A stretch of 64,000 nucleotides of DNA from Macrostomum lignano (Eukaryota): positions 1,173,370 through 1,237,369 of the forward strand of contig NIVC01000056.1 of the NCBI GenBank assembly GCA_002269645.1, given 5' to 3'. The notes beneath the pieces were generated by a model. That model made no database searches, was not told where the DNA came from, and saw nothing but the letters and a program-made list of their open reading frames with translations. The translations under genes were made by a program, and so were the position numbers. This document shows positions 23,756 to 37,065 of the stretch, piece after piece (the first letter of the stretch is position 1; each line of letters starts with the position of its first letter).

Positions 23756-24462
23756 GGGGGTAGGCATATGTCTGATGCGGATATCTCTACTTATAAAAAT
23801 CAAAATAATATATAAAGTAGATGTGACACTTCCAATAAAAGTTCAAGTGGAACTTTTCAAAGTTCGGTTTGTTTAAGCGGTTTTGTGCGCTGCGGGGGGT
23901 GGGGTGGGCGGCAGCCGTCACGATTACGTCTCGCACCACCTCGAACTCGTCTTGCTGGCTTCCTTTACCTTGTCCCTCAGTCTTATCTTGTCTTACTCAT
24001 TTGTGTCTATTGTTGCTTTGAAAGGTTAGGCGGTAGAAGCAGCCAATTAGAAATGGACCTGCCCAGCCAGTTCAAGTCGAATCAAGGACACCCTAAACCT
24101 GTATTTGGATTGGAATACTTTCGTGTTTTTCTGTTTTTGTTTTACTTTACTAGATTTATTATAACGGTAAACTTTGTTAGGTTTTAGAAGTGTTATTTTA
24201 AGTACGAGCATTTTTATAAATTTCTGAACTTGGAATTCAAAATAGGCCTTTCGTGTAGTTGTAGGTATTGTTGGCCATTCCAGAGTTCTAGAGTTTTTTA
24301 TGGGTCTCCATGGTCGACCACACCCCCTTTAAATGCCCGTACTAGTTTTGTTGTCTGTTTTCTCTCCTTAAGAGCCAAAGCCTCAGGCCACGCCTCCAAT
24401 TTCATATATCATTCAATCGTACCTAATTTTTTATTCTCAGCCAAGCCGGCCAACCAGCAGTC

Positions 24463-27400
24463 ATGCGTTCAAGCATTAGAAACATACTATCGTTAAATAC
24501 GACAAAATTATCTATTCGGCGTTGCTTAGCAACAACTGACGCCTCAGCCGCGTCGTCTAGTTCGAGTTGTTCAACGTCTTTGCCAAGTGCTGTCGCTGCT
24601 GGAAGCTTCCGTTTCGCTGATCTGTCAATCGAGCGAACCGAACAGCCCAAGCCGAAGCCGCCCAATGACAGTCTGGTGTTTGGCAGCCAGTTCTCCGATC
24701 ACATGCTGTTGGCCAGGCATTCCAAGTCTGCCGCTGGTTGGATGGCGCCTCGCATTCAACCCTTGCAGAGTCTGCCGTTGCATCCGGCGTCCAAGTGCTT
24801 GCACTACGCTTTGGAGTGCTTCGAAGGATTGAAGGTTATAAATTTGTGGCTGGGATGCTCAGTTTGATTGTATCAACTTGTAATGGGATTTTGATGTTGT
24901 AGGGATGAGATTCTGATGCTGTAGGGGTGAGATTTTGATGCTGTAGAGGTGAGATTCTGATGCTGTAGGGGTGAGATTTTGATGCTGTATGGGTGAGTTT
25001 TGATGCTGTAGGGGTGAGACTTTGATGCTGTATGGGTGAGACTTTGATTCTGTATGGGTAAGATTTTGATGCTGTAGGGGTGAGATTCTGATGCTGTAGG
25101 AGTGAGATTTTGATGCTATAGAAGTGAGATTCTAATGATGTAAGGGTGAGATTTTGACACTGTAGGGATTAGATTCTGATACTGTAGGGGTGAGCTTTTA
25201 ATGTTTTAGGGGTGAGATTTTAATGCTGTATGGGTGCAATTCTGATGCTGTAGGGATGAGATTCTGATACTGTAGGGGTGAGATTCTGATGCTGTAGGGG
25301 TGAGATTCTGATGCTGTAGGGATGAGATTTTGATGCGGTAGGTGAGATTCGATGCTTTAGGGGTGAGATTCGATGCTGTAGGGGTGAGATTCGATGCTGT
25401 TGGGGTGAGATTCGATGCTGTAGGGGTGAGATTTAGATACTGTAGGGATGAGATTCGGATGATGTAAGAGTGGTTTTAATGCTCTAGGAGAAGATTTTGA
25501 GACACTGTATGGGATAAGATTTTGGTGATGGGCGAAGTTCCAACCCCAACCCCACAGGCTTTCCGTGGCGTTGACGGCCGGGTCCGCCTGTTCCGCCCCA
25601 TGGAGAACTGCAAGCGGATGCTGCGCAGCGCCGAACGCTCAACCCTGGCCTCGTTCGACCCCGCCGAGCTGCACCGATGTCTGCGCGAGCTGATTCGGCT
25701 GGACGCCGACTGGGTGCCGGATTCGCGCGACTGCTCGCTGTACATCCGGCCTACCATGATCGCCGCCGAGCCGCGCATCTCCGTCGGGCCCGCCGAGGAG
25801 ACCCTGCTGTGAGCCGCTCGTGTGTCCTGCTGCCCGCACGAACTCATTTATGAACTCACTCATGAACTCATTTATGAACTCATTCATGAACTTATTTATG
25901 AACTCACTCATGAACTCATTTATGAACTCATTCATGAACTCATTTATGAACTCACTCATGAACTCATTTATGAACTCACTCATGAACTCATTTATGAACT
26001 CATTCATGAACTTATTTATGAACTCACTCATGAACTCATTTATGAATTCATTCATGAACTCATTTATGAACTCACTCATGAACTCATTTATGAACTCACT
26101 CATGAACTCATTCATGAACTCATTCATGAACTTATTTATGAACTCACTCATGAACTCATTCATGAACTCATTCATGAACTCATTTATGAACTCACTCATG
26201 AACTCATTTATGAACTCATTCATGAACTCATTTATGAACTCACTCATGAACTCATTTATGAACTCACTCATGAACTCATTTATGAACTCACTCATGAACT
26301 CATTAATGAACTCACTCATGAACTCATTCATGAACTCATTCATGAACTTATTTATGAACTCACTCATGAACTCATTTATGAACTCACTCATGAACTCATT
26401 CATGAACTCATTCATGAACTTATTTATGAACTCATTCATGAACTTATTTATGAACTCTCTCATGAACTCATTTATGAACTCATTCATGAACTCATTCATT
26501 AACTCATTTATAAATTCACTCATGAACTCACTTATGAACTCATTTGTGAACTCACTCATAAACTCACGTATAAACTCAACTCATGAACTCACTCGACTGA
26601 TTGCTTAATCACCCACGCAACCGTCACGGTTTCCTCCTGCGCTTTATTACTCAGTTTCTTTCGCAGAATCTTTCGCTAACCATTGGTTATAGTTCAACTC
26701 CTAAGATGATAAATTCTATTACTATTATGTTACCTCCCGCCACGAAAAATTCACTTACAGGTACGTGATCACGGGGCCGGTGGGGCCCTATTATCCAACC
26801 GGGTTCAAGCCCGTAACGCTGCTAGCCGATCCAACTTATTGCCGAGCTTGGCCGGGTAAATTTTATGACTAACTGATTCTAATGCTTTTATACTACTTGT
26901 TGATTGCAGCTAGGAATATGAATAAAGTGTCTTATCTTTTAGCGTGTTGTAATATGCGTTTTAGTTGGTTTTGCAGCTGCCTGTTAACAGTAGGTGGTAC
27001 ACTTGAATGTTAGAACTCACTGGCTGTTTAATATGGGTTTTATTGTGTTACAGAACTTACAGCACAGTATGTTTAATGTTGGGTCTCACAGGTGTTATGT
27101 GTTATAGCTGGTGTTACACATGTCATTATTTACATGAGTTCATGTTACAGGTGTTGTTATTGGTGTTACAGGTGTTCTGAATAGTGTTACATGTGTTATA
27201 AACGGTGTTACAGGTGTTATGAATAGTGTTACATGTGTTACAAATGGTGTTACAGGTGTTATGTTGGTGTTATGATTAGTGTTACAGGTGTTTGAGCATT
27301 AGGATAAACCTCTCCCTAACCTGCCCCTATTCTCCTCACCCAACCACCAGGCGGCGTTGGCAACAACAAAATGGGCGCGAACTACGGACCTACCTGCTAC

Positions 27401-27874
27401 GTACAGTTGCAGGCCGCCGCCCAGGGCTGCCAACAGGTGCTGTGGCTATACGGGCCCGAGCACCGGCTAACAGAGGTTGGCACCATGAATTTGTTCATAT
27501 TCTGGCGCAGCAAAGACACTGGCAAGCCTCAGCTGGTGACGCCGCCGTTAAACAGCGGATTAATCCTACCCGGCATTGTTCGGGACAGCCTATTGCGTCT
27601 AGCTCGCGAATGGAACGAATGGGAAGTATTAGAACGGGACATCACTATGGGCGAACTAATTGAAGCTATCGATAGCGGCCGGCTAATGGAAATGTTCGGC
27701 TCTGGCACCGCTTGCATTGTTAGCCCGGTTAGCGGAATTAAATACGACGGCAAAGTGATCCAGGTGCCCACTATGAGCCAGGGCGCCCCGGTTACTATGC
27801 GCTTCTTTAAGACGCTGACGGATATTCAGTACGGCCGGATCAAGGATCACCCCTGGGCCGAGATTGTCGCCTGA
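24463..27874 (+). CDS. BCAT: Branched-chain amino-acid aminotransferase (PLP-dependent class IV), probably mitochondrial; 4 exons, 413 aa
   Basis: Exons 24463-24834, 25558-25808, 26761-26855, 27351-27874 (1242 nt, frame-consistent). Motifs [62 protein letters not shown] (PLP Lys), [33 protein letters not shown]-terminus is Arg/Ser-rich with no acidic residue in the first 25 aa (presequence-like). AATAAA near 27954. Confidence 0.95.
24885..25465. repeat. BCAT intron 1 minisatellite, 22-bp unit (gatgctgtaggggtgagattyt)
   Basis: Period measured from 24915 to 24937. Confidence 0.93.
25838..26590. repeat. BCAT intron 2 minisatellite, 12-bp unit (tyatgaactcay)
   Basis: Direct inspection; source of the MNSF/ELIH ORFs. 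Confidence 0.95.
27085..27290. repeat. BCAT intron 3 degenerate gtgttaca-based repeat
   Basis: Repeated gtgttacaggtgtta / gtgttacatgtgtta. Confidence 0.7.
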
Positions 27875-30570
27875 GTGTTTTTTTCGTTTCTAAGAAATCA
27901 TCACATATAATCATCACATAAAATCTCTTTATTTCGTTCATATTTTGCTACTCAATAAACAGCTGATAGTAGACTGTCGAGCGCTTTGTGTTGCTTTTTT
28001 CATCTACATTCTACATCATTCGGGAGAAGTTCAATTTCGGATTTAATATTGTCGGTCACAATTATTTTGTCATCGCATTAAAGACAACTACTGAACTACG
28101 ATTATGCTAAGTAAACATTTGCTACAAAGCACTACTACTCATTCCCGTGTAAAGCAAGCACAAGGACAATTGTCTTTTTTGTTGCTGCACTTTTTGCAAA
28201 GCACTGCCTGCCCGCTGAATCAAACTGGTTTCCAGTGGTTGGGTTGCTTAGTTTGTTGCTTTTTCTGTCTTTGCTTCTTTTTAATACAATATTTTTATTT
28301 AATCTTGCCCATTTGATTGTAGATCATCGCGTACTGGCTTGGTTTCTGGTCCATTGTGTGCATAAATTCTAAAATATTCCGTTTATACTACTAATTTTTT
28401 CTTTGAGAAAGTAGCCGACGCAGCTTTTGTTGTCAATTTTCTTTCTGGTCTGTATTTAGTATCTAAAAGGTAACTTATTTCACAATTGGTAGTCAATATG
28501 ATCTTTCTTTGTTAATCTCTAATCGAGATAATTAGGGATTAATGCATACTCTGGGATTTGGGAAAACTGTTTATTCCCGCCTTTGATCCCCGGATATTAC
28601 ATCCTCAATCTTTAATCAACAGGTAAAACTGCCTTGAATTTTGATGCTGATGGACTTGTCCCCTATCAGTGGCGTTAGCGTTTATCTAGAGATTCCAATT
28701 TATCGTACTTTTTGCAATCCCGATCCCCGAGATTTTTGGCATCTCAATTTCCCGGTGTTTTTCTTATCCTGTGATCCCCAATCCCTGGTCCTAACGCCTA
28801 ACAATGCCGGGTACTTTTGATTCAGAGAAATTAGGCTTTTGTATAATACCGGTATTGGATTCCTTACGTTCTGGGACTGGCATCAACGACTTGATTAAGC
28901 ATCTAGAAGTCTAGGTCTAGGAGTCCATGGACTGGGCCTGGGAGTCGGGACGGCTGGGTAGGAATGTATGTAATGTGGGTAAGTTGTAAAACTTGTATCG
29001 ACAGAAGGTCCAGCTAGACTCTAGAGAGAAAAGAAAGGGCTTGGAAAGCCAGTCGGGTCGGGTGGGTCGGGTTGTTTTTCGCTTCGGCTGTTGGTTGGCC
29101 CATAGGCCATTGGGACCATGGGGTTTGAAGTTGGAGAGCCGAGGCGGGCCTAGACTGGATTTTAGCTTCGGTAAAAATCCGGTTCTAGCCGGGGTTTTGC
29201 GCGCCTAAGCTTCTCATTCCTTTTTTCTCCAGCCTTATTTCTCTTTGCCTCGGACCTCCCCCTCAGTCAACCCCGCTTGAACTATTTTTATCAGCATTCC
29301 GTCCCCCGCTCGCATCCCTCCTCCCATTGGGTTATGTACATTCCCTCCCTGTGACTGTACGTTAGAGCCATGAGGGTGGGTGGGGGTTATGTATGCGGCA
29401 ATTACACATATTCAGACCACGTGATGTTTTTCAAGACCTACCCGGCCCCCCACTTTTCCAACCTATTAGTATTAATGCGATAGCCAACTTCGCGTCACGT
29501 CTTTGGTCCCGCTGGCGTCCATTGAGTACTTAGCTTTCCGGTTTAAATGCTATCGATAGGCGAACAAAATGTTATAATTATAATTGTCTGAACTCTGCAG
29601 TTTATACTGAACTTGATACGCCAAAATAACTTTAGAAAAAACAGTTTTGGTTTTAAGAATAAATATTTTTATGATAATTATATGCGGGAGGTTTTATCTC
29701 CACTCTCTTCTCGGCTAAGCTGCACTCACACTCAGTACCAGTAGAATATGATATTCTCATTTCGCCTCGCACCATAATTAGTCCCAACTTGAAATATCAG
29801 CAATATCTATCTGCTTTAGTAGCTTTTAATTTAAAAAAAAGGTTAAAAATATTTCTTGTTTTTGTAGAAAGCACAGATTGTACTATTATATTTAGGCGTC
29901 GACTTTGTTAAAGCTTTTTCACTGCGAACTTTTTTGCGATTTGTTTTGCTTTTTCCCAGCAGATTTGAGTTTATCTATTTTTTACTAACTATATATTCTT
30001 TGAAAGTGGCAGTTCTGAATATATAAATATTTTTTTTAATTCCATCTGAATATTGATATAATAAGTTTAGTAAATAACCATTCTAATTAACTCGTGTCGT
30101 GCGTATTTACATATTGCCCAGTGCGTTTCCTTCAGCAGGTGTTGTTGAACAATAATAATTATCATCCTTAATTCAAGAATCCTTTATTTTGAGAAAATAT
30201 TTCCATTCTATAATAGTAGGAGCCATAATAGTTCTAGCTGACGCTAGTGCGCATTTTTTTCTCTTTCTCGAGTCACCTGCCACCTCACATCACATTGCTA
30301 GACAGGCCAGTTTTTATTTACGAGTATTTGGTTTTTTGTCGAATTCCAATCACAACTCAACTCAACAAGCTCTTACAATTACAAAACACGTTTAAATACG
30401 CAAAATACAAAGACATTCACGCTTTAATTTGTTGTCAGTCAGTCTTAATCTAGATTTTTCAATCTACTATTGATAAGTCATAGATATTCTTGTATAGATC
30501 CTGTTTGTTTTTTTCTTAGCTCGTAGCACCTAATTATTGACCTGTAAAAGACAAGTTTAATGGGTTACAT

Positions 30571-30680
30571 CAGCGGTCGGCAAACTCCGGCCCCTCTTAA
30601 ACCTCTATCAGTCTCTCTGGTCTTTATGAAACTTCTCAATAGCAATCCGGCCCCGTCTAAAGTTTGTGTCTCTTTTCAGC
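30571..30680. mobile_element. Partial inverted copy of one end of the hAT-like element at 31103-31544
   Basis: cagcggtcggcaaactccggc...tgaaacttctcaatagcaatccggccc matches the reverse complement of 31462-31544. Confidence 0.65.
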
Positions 30681-31102
30681 CTTCTTCTCCTTTCTCTCCT
30701 CTCCCTTCTCTCCTCTCCCTCTCCTGTCCTCTCCCTTCTCCCATCTTCCTTCTCTCCTCTCCTTTCTCTTATTGGGGGACAAAGCCAAGAATTCAACATG
30801 TAACATGACTAAATTCCTACATTTCTATTATTTTGAGAATTCGTATTGTCAGCGCTCATTTTGGCGCGGCAGCTATTCCTTTTGGCGCCGCAGGCATTCT
30901 TTTAGCGCCGCAGGCACTCATGTGGCGCCGAATGCGCTATATTTTGGCGCCCTGAAGAAAAATTATTGGTTACCACAACAGGTCACAAGGGGGTTGGGGG
31001 ACATAGCATTGGCATGTCCCCCATAGCTTTTACTGGGGGGGGGGCATGTCCCCCTGTCCCCCCGTAGCGATGCGCCTGCTGTACACTGTACAATGTCTAA
31101 AC

Positions 31103-31544
31103 AAGGGGTCGGTAAAAGTTTTTACCTTATAGGCCAGATAAAGAATCCAGATCGTGGCGGCGGGCCTGATGAGAGAGGCAAGGAGAGAGAAGAGAGGAGA
31201 GGCTATAGAGATGAGGATGAAGAGAGGAGCTGAGAGGTGAGGCTAAAGAGGGTTGCGAAGAGAGGCGAGAGGCTAGATAGGGGTGTGATAGAGGAGAGGG
31301 GCGCTATAGAGAGTAAAGATGAGAGGGGAGAGGCCAAAGAAGCATTTATTAGATGTGTTAAGTTGGGAGATGACAGGCAAGAATATGAGTGTAAATGAAA
31401 TGAGAGGAAGGAAGATTGAGGGGAGATAAAGAGAATTAGAGAGTTGAGAAGAGAAACCCTCGGAGGGCCGGATTGCTATTGTGAAGTTTCAAAGGGTCCG
31501 AGGGCTGAATAAGAGAGGCTTGAGCCGGAGTTTTCCGACCCCAG
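31103..31544. mobile_element. Non-autonomous hAT (Charlie/Buster-like) element, 442 bp, GA-rich interior
   Basis: Ends aaggggtcggtaaaag / agttttccgaccccag (degenerate CAGGGGTCGGCAAA TIR). Flanked by 8-bp gtctaaac (31095-31102) and gtctaagc (31545-31552), with the central TA typical of Charlie/Buster targets. Confidence 0.75.
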
Positions 31545-33774
31545 GTCTAAGCCGTACATGTATAATACCTTAGGTAGTTTAATGAAAAAAATCCTTTCTT
31601 TGTTTGCCTCGCCAACGGGAGTGGGGCGCAGATGCTATAGTGATCAGCTAAAATTATTTTTCTTGAGTTTTTTATTTCACCCAGAACTTTTCATTCTTAG
31701 ATTTTCAATATTTAAAAAAAATGACCGAAAAAATCCTATTTGAACCATAATGTATACGATGTACTCGTACAAGTATACACATTTGCACGTACATGTACAT
31801 GTTTAAGTTCTATATATAAAGCGCAATTTTTCAAGTTTAAAAAAACTGCGGAATGGTTTTTCGATCAAATAATGATATAAAAATATTTCCTCCTGAATAC
31901 AGTGTGAGTTAAAGCTGCATGGATTTTATGGTTTTTTCCATAGACAGTGGGAACTGGTGGTAAAAAAAATTACTGTGCGCACGCACATATACATCAGAAT
32001 AAATTATGACTCAAATACGTGAAATTTCTCTGGAGAGCTCAGTAATTTCACGCAATTCTCTGTTAAGTATTCTAATCAAAGTACTTTAGGTGACAAAAAT
32101 ATAGTAAACGTGTGACATGTACGAAATATATTCATGCAGCTTTAAAACTGAATTTTATCATCTCTGTGCAAATTTATAAATGTATGTGTGCATCTAGAAA
32201 TGGACGCTCGACCACAGGGACAACTGAAACCCTAAAGGGTTTTAGTTGTCCCTGCTCGACCATTCAGTGTCGATCTTTCAAATGGGCTAGACTTGCAAGG
32301 CTTAAAATCGGTTAAAATATTTTTGTACAGCCTACTGTAAATATGTACAAACGTACATTACAGATTCGTATTCAAAGCCGCGTGCAATATCTTAAAATGT
32401 AGAAAACAAACAACATGTTCATGTAGTGTACATGTCATGTACCGATATTCATGATTTACAATTTACATGTAGGAAATGAATATTTTACAGTAAAATATAC
32501 GCAATAGATTCCTTCATTACACGAGTGCGTTGGGCGTATATCGTGCGATAAAAATAGCTGTTGAGGATGCATGCATATTTAAATTATGTTTTAGAGTTTT
32601 CTGGAGCAAACAACATGAAATATAATGAATTTAATATACAACTGCATGTACATACACCTAGGTCTATTCCAATTCTGAATGCATTTTAGTTGTTCTTTAA
32701 CATGTAAGAATTCAAGTTTGTTGACAAGATGAAAATTCTTAAAATAATGATTCCGGTAAAATAGAAAGTACTTTATAATAACAAACAGTACAGTAAAATT
32801 ACGTTAGTTTATTTTTTGTCTCTACTAATGTTGGAAATGCGTTAGGAAATAAATTGTATACAGTTTCTGAAAATATCAATGTACTTGCAAATTTTCCCGT
32901 AGCCACGCTGCTACCTATAAGTAGTCGACGAACTGGTTCCAACCGGTTTCGGCTGGTTTTAGCCACATTTTTGGGAGGACCATAAGAGCTGTATATGAGA
33001 CAACATTATTGTAGTTCTGCTTAGTTTATACTGGTATAACAGGGCTGTGGCCTTAAGCCAAGCACATCTAATATTTGGCTTCTACCTGCAACCGTGAGTC
33101 TGCGTGTAGTAAGGTCGCAGTTTTCACAGGTCGTAACTTGGGCCTTTGTGTAGGCCTAGGCCTAGTCCTAGCCAAAAAGCTGGACTAAACTAAAGACAAA
33201 GTGAGCCGAGCTTCATACTTACAGCCTAATTAAATTTTTGTTTTTTAGCTTAGCTATTTTTATGTATTTTTGTTAGATCCAGTAGGTTAACATATTACAC
33301 AATTGTAACATTGTCAATATTAACTAAAAATTGCTCATCCTGAGCTGTTGTCACTTGTCATTGACATTGTCATTAACTGTTTAGAATAGGCCTAAGCCCT
33401 AACGCTAAGTCTAAGTGGTATTCAACAATTTATTTGTAAAAATAGTAAAAAAGACTAATGTTATCATTGTTAGGCTATGGTAGTCCTACCATGTACAAGC
33501 AGTGTTTTACTGCTATACCTCTATAGGCCTTCCTCTGGTTTCCATGTTTATTTGGTACCTAGCATGTCTCAATTTATGATTTCTAAATTAAAAAAGTAGG
33601 CCTGGCCTTCTTGAACTTTAGGTAGATAAAAGTTGCAGTTTCAATAAGATCATAATTTTGTTTCTATAGAGGTTTTTGATGGTGCTGATTTCAAATTTGA
33701 ACTTCATTTTTTTGTAGCTTAAAGCCAACCACTGGGGTATGGGAATAAGGGTTTTAAGTAGTGTTCCACCATAG

Positions 33775-35830
33775 CCATAGCTATGGCTACGGGATCCTAC
33801 ATTATGGCAAATATGGTAAAATAAGTGCCTATGGCAGCTACGGATACGCCTATAGTAGCTAGCTGCTCTTATAGCTAGGACTACAGAAATATGGTAGTTG
33901 CTGTCACATTCCGTAGATTCCCATAGCCATAGTTATTAATGTTAAAAATTGAAAAAATATTAGAAACAGGTAGAGTAAAACAAATATACTTTTAGTAAAC
34001 TATATTATCAACCTAGAAACTTATAAAATATACCTTAAAAAAAACAATAAAACACTAGCAAACTCTAATTTTTATTAATGTGAAAAGGTTTAGCGTTAGT
34101 ACTTTCAATAACGATTAAGTATTTTTGCTCTGAAAAAAGACAAAATTTAATCTTACAAAGACAATCAAGTGTTTCTTTTATTTTCTAATTTAATTTGCAG
34201 TTGTTAAAGCACTAGGTTATCTTCTTGATTCAAAGTATTTTGTTTTTTAGACTTTTTGTTAAAACTACAGCTATGGGAACTACAGGAATATGGTAATTTT
34301 GGGGTCCCTATGGCTGTGGAATACAGAGAATTGGAATAAGCCATAGTTTTGCTAAAGGCTACAGCTATGGTACATGGACCCTCCTTACAGTGAAACACTA
34401 GTTTTAGGGTAGGGAGATTCTTCATGGGGATTTATTTTATATGTCTAAATTTCAATAGAGTTGTAGGGGTCTATTGAAGATAAGGTTGTTTATTTTTTAG
34501 AGACTGAGGGGGTAAGGGGGCAAGTCTCAAGGGAAAGGGGCTGACAACTACCAACAACCAAGGCATAAGAAAAGGAGGTCATGCTTGGGCGCAACCTTGG
34601 GATTCACCTAGCCGTTTCTATTGGCAATACATATAAGTCATTATTGGCGGAGAGCAGTCATATGACCACTATTTTGTCCGATAGCAACTTATATGTATGT
34701 GTTGCCAATAGAAACAGCCAGGTGATTCCCAAAGTTGCGCATTTATGATGGGGGTATTAGTGTAGGGAGAATCTGCATGGGGATTTATTTTATGTACCTA
34801 AACTTCAATAGAGGCATAGAAGTCTATTGAAGATTAGGTAGATAAATTCAGAGACTGCGGGGGGTCCTAGGGGGTAAATTGAAATAAAGCTTTAAAATAA
34901 TTAAAAATTCAACAATTTATCAAAAACACAACCATAGAGAAAAAAATTATAATCCTATCAAAATTAATTGTTATTAGCAGCTATAGTGACCTTCAGAATG
35001 GAGACAACCCAGATTAGTAGAAATTAGTATAGGTAAACAAGTAAAGAATATACGTCTATAGTAATCAACAATAAGAAAACTACAGCGAATCAAAAAGTGG
35101 GTGGTGAGGGGCAGGTAGAAAACTGTTAGTCAACATTTTCAAAAAAAGTAAACTGATGTGGCATTCTCGCTGCACTATAACAAATTAAATAAAAAATTAG
35201 AATAGACACTATTTTTTAAAGATAAAATTCGAACCTTCTAAATGTTTTTTAGAATTAGTTCAAGTTTTGGATATTTTGGAAAATATTTATGTTAGAAAGT
35301 TTTTGATTCTAAAAAAGTTCAACTTTCAGACATACCATTCTCCAAAACTGCTTGGATCAAATTACCACTAGTTACATTGGAGATTAACAAATCAAGCTCC
35401 CATTACCTCTGAAGGTAATTTTTGCAATTTTTTTGCTTTATTATAAATTTGGACAGCCTTTAAGACTCTGGCAAAAGTTTTAAAAAATCCGAAAATTAGA
35501 AATAGGCCCAACTTTTAATCTTGCAAAAATAGAATAAGTGTTCTAGTGTTTTGCTATAGCTACAGCTATAGCTATGGGATCTTATGTCAAATATAGTAAA
35601 TAGGTTGCCTGTGGCAACTACAGATATGCCTAAGGTAGATAGCTGTTGTTATGGCTACAACCACAAAAATATAGTAGTTGCTGTCATATTCCATAGATCT
35701 CATAGCCATAGCCCATGGTTATAAATTTAAAAAATGAAAAAATATTAGAAATAGGTAAAGTAAAACAAAGATACTTGAACTATATTATGGATTTAAAACC
35801 TTTAAATTATACCTAATAGAGTACAATAAA
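33775..35830 (+). repeat. Pair of diverged ~280-bp direct repeats (~33775-34060 and ~35553-35830)
   Basis: Shared aaatatrgtagttgctgtcayattccrtagat.ycatagccatag...aaaaaatattagaaayaggtaragtaaaacaaa. Confidence 0.7.
34580..34747. mobile_element. Palindromic MITE with CAT..GCGCAAC-type ends and ~50-bp inverted arms
   Basis: gcgcaaccttgggattcacctagccgtttctattggcaatacatataagt vs acttatatgtatgtgttgccaatagaaacagccaggtgattcccaaagttgcgc. Flanks aaggaggt/atgggggt (6/8) may be a decayed TSD. Confidence 0.75.
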
Positions 35831-36089
35831 ACACAAGGACTAACAAATTATAACTTTAATATTAATATGAAAAAGTTCAGTTGGTCTTTCATTTAATTAA
35901 TTAGAAATGTGAATGTATTACCAAATAAAATATACTTTACAAAATTTATTAAAATTATGGTAGCAATAATTATGGTGGTATCATTGGTAACAATAAGCGT
36001 GGTGTCCTAAAGTATGAGTACACTTAGAAGACTTGAAACATTTATAAAATTGCTAATCCACATTGCAGAATTAGTGTCTAAGAATGTAC

Positions 36090-37065
36090 CAATAATTCCC
36101 CAATCAGGTTTGCTATAATCCCAAGTCAAGCTTGCAATGATCCCAGTCAAGTTTGCAATTATCTCCTAATCAGGTTTAAAATGATCCCAATCAGGTTTGC
36201 AATGATCCTCCTAGTCAGGTTAGCAACAATCCCCAGTTAAGTGGTATAATAATCCCACAAAAAGGTTTGAAATGATATCCCAATCAGGTTTGCAATGATC
36301 CCAGCCAGGTTTAAAATCATACATGCGCAACAGTCAGCCAAGTCAACCAATTTGACGGCCAACCAAGGAAGTCACAAAAATACCCACCCAAAAAATTACC
36401 CAAGTAGTAGTACTAAGTAGCTGACAAGGCATTTTGGCTTTATAAGACAGTCATAGTTACTCCTGTCATTTACCCAAAATTGCGTTAATTTTGCTTTAGG
36501 GTTTTTTATATGTAAGTTGCATTTTGGCCAAAAACTATGTCGCATTTTTGTTAAAACTAAGTCGCATGGCCGACCAAATTTTGGAGGTTGCGCATGCATG
36601 TTTAAAATGATCCCCCAGTCAGGTTTAAATTGATCCCTAGTCAGGTTTGCAATGATCCCCTAGTCATTTTTGCAATAATCCCTGTCAGGTTTGAAATGAT
36701 CTTCTAGTCAGGTTTGCAATGATCCCAGTTAGGTTTGCAATAATCCCCCAAGCAAGTTTAAAATGATCCTAGTCAGGTTTGCAATTATCCCCTAATCATT
36801 TTTGCAATAGTCCCAGTCAGTTTCGAAATGATCCAAGTCTGGGTTATAATGATCCCCTAGTCAGGTTTGTAATAATCTCACAAAAAGATTTAAAATGATC
36901 TCCCAGTCGGGTTTGTAATGATCCCAGTCAGGTTTACAATGATCCTAGTCAAGTTTAAAATAATCCCCCAATCAGGGTTAAAATGATCCCAGTCAGGTTT
37001 ACAATGATCCTAGTCAGGTTTAAAATGATCCCTCAATCAGGTTTGAAATGATCCTAGTCAGTCAA
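36090..37065. repeat. Degenerate ~21-23-bp minisatellite (atgatcccagtcaggtttgca), interrupted by a MITE
   Basis: Direct inspection. Confidence 0.85.
36318..36600. mobile_element. 283-bp hAT-type MITE with a perfect 8-bp TSD
   Basis: TIRs catacatgcgcaac / gttgcgcatgcatg; tttaaaat duplicated at 36310-36317 and 36601-36608. Confidence 0.9.

Noticed and set aside
22860-23815. Extra 3' SPT6 exons
   Set aside because: Exon 12 already ends in TGA followed by AATAAA, and the repeat units (16/19 bp) are not multiples of three.
8082-26608. Long ORFs made of repeats ([51 protein letters not shown])
   Set aside because: They are translations of intronic or intergenic minisatellites, are often open in several frames, and fall inside introns defined by the frame-consistent SPT6/BCAT models.
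28530-29530. Further MITE-like fragments (tagggatt...aatccct; ...ttttgcgcgccta; GC-rich ends near 31040-31080)
   Set aside because: Termini too degenerate and no TSDs could be defined, so they are not reported as features.
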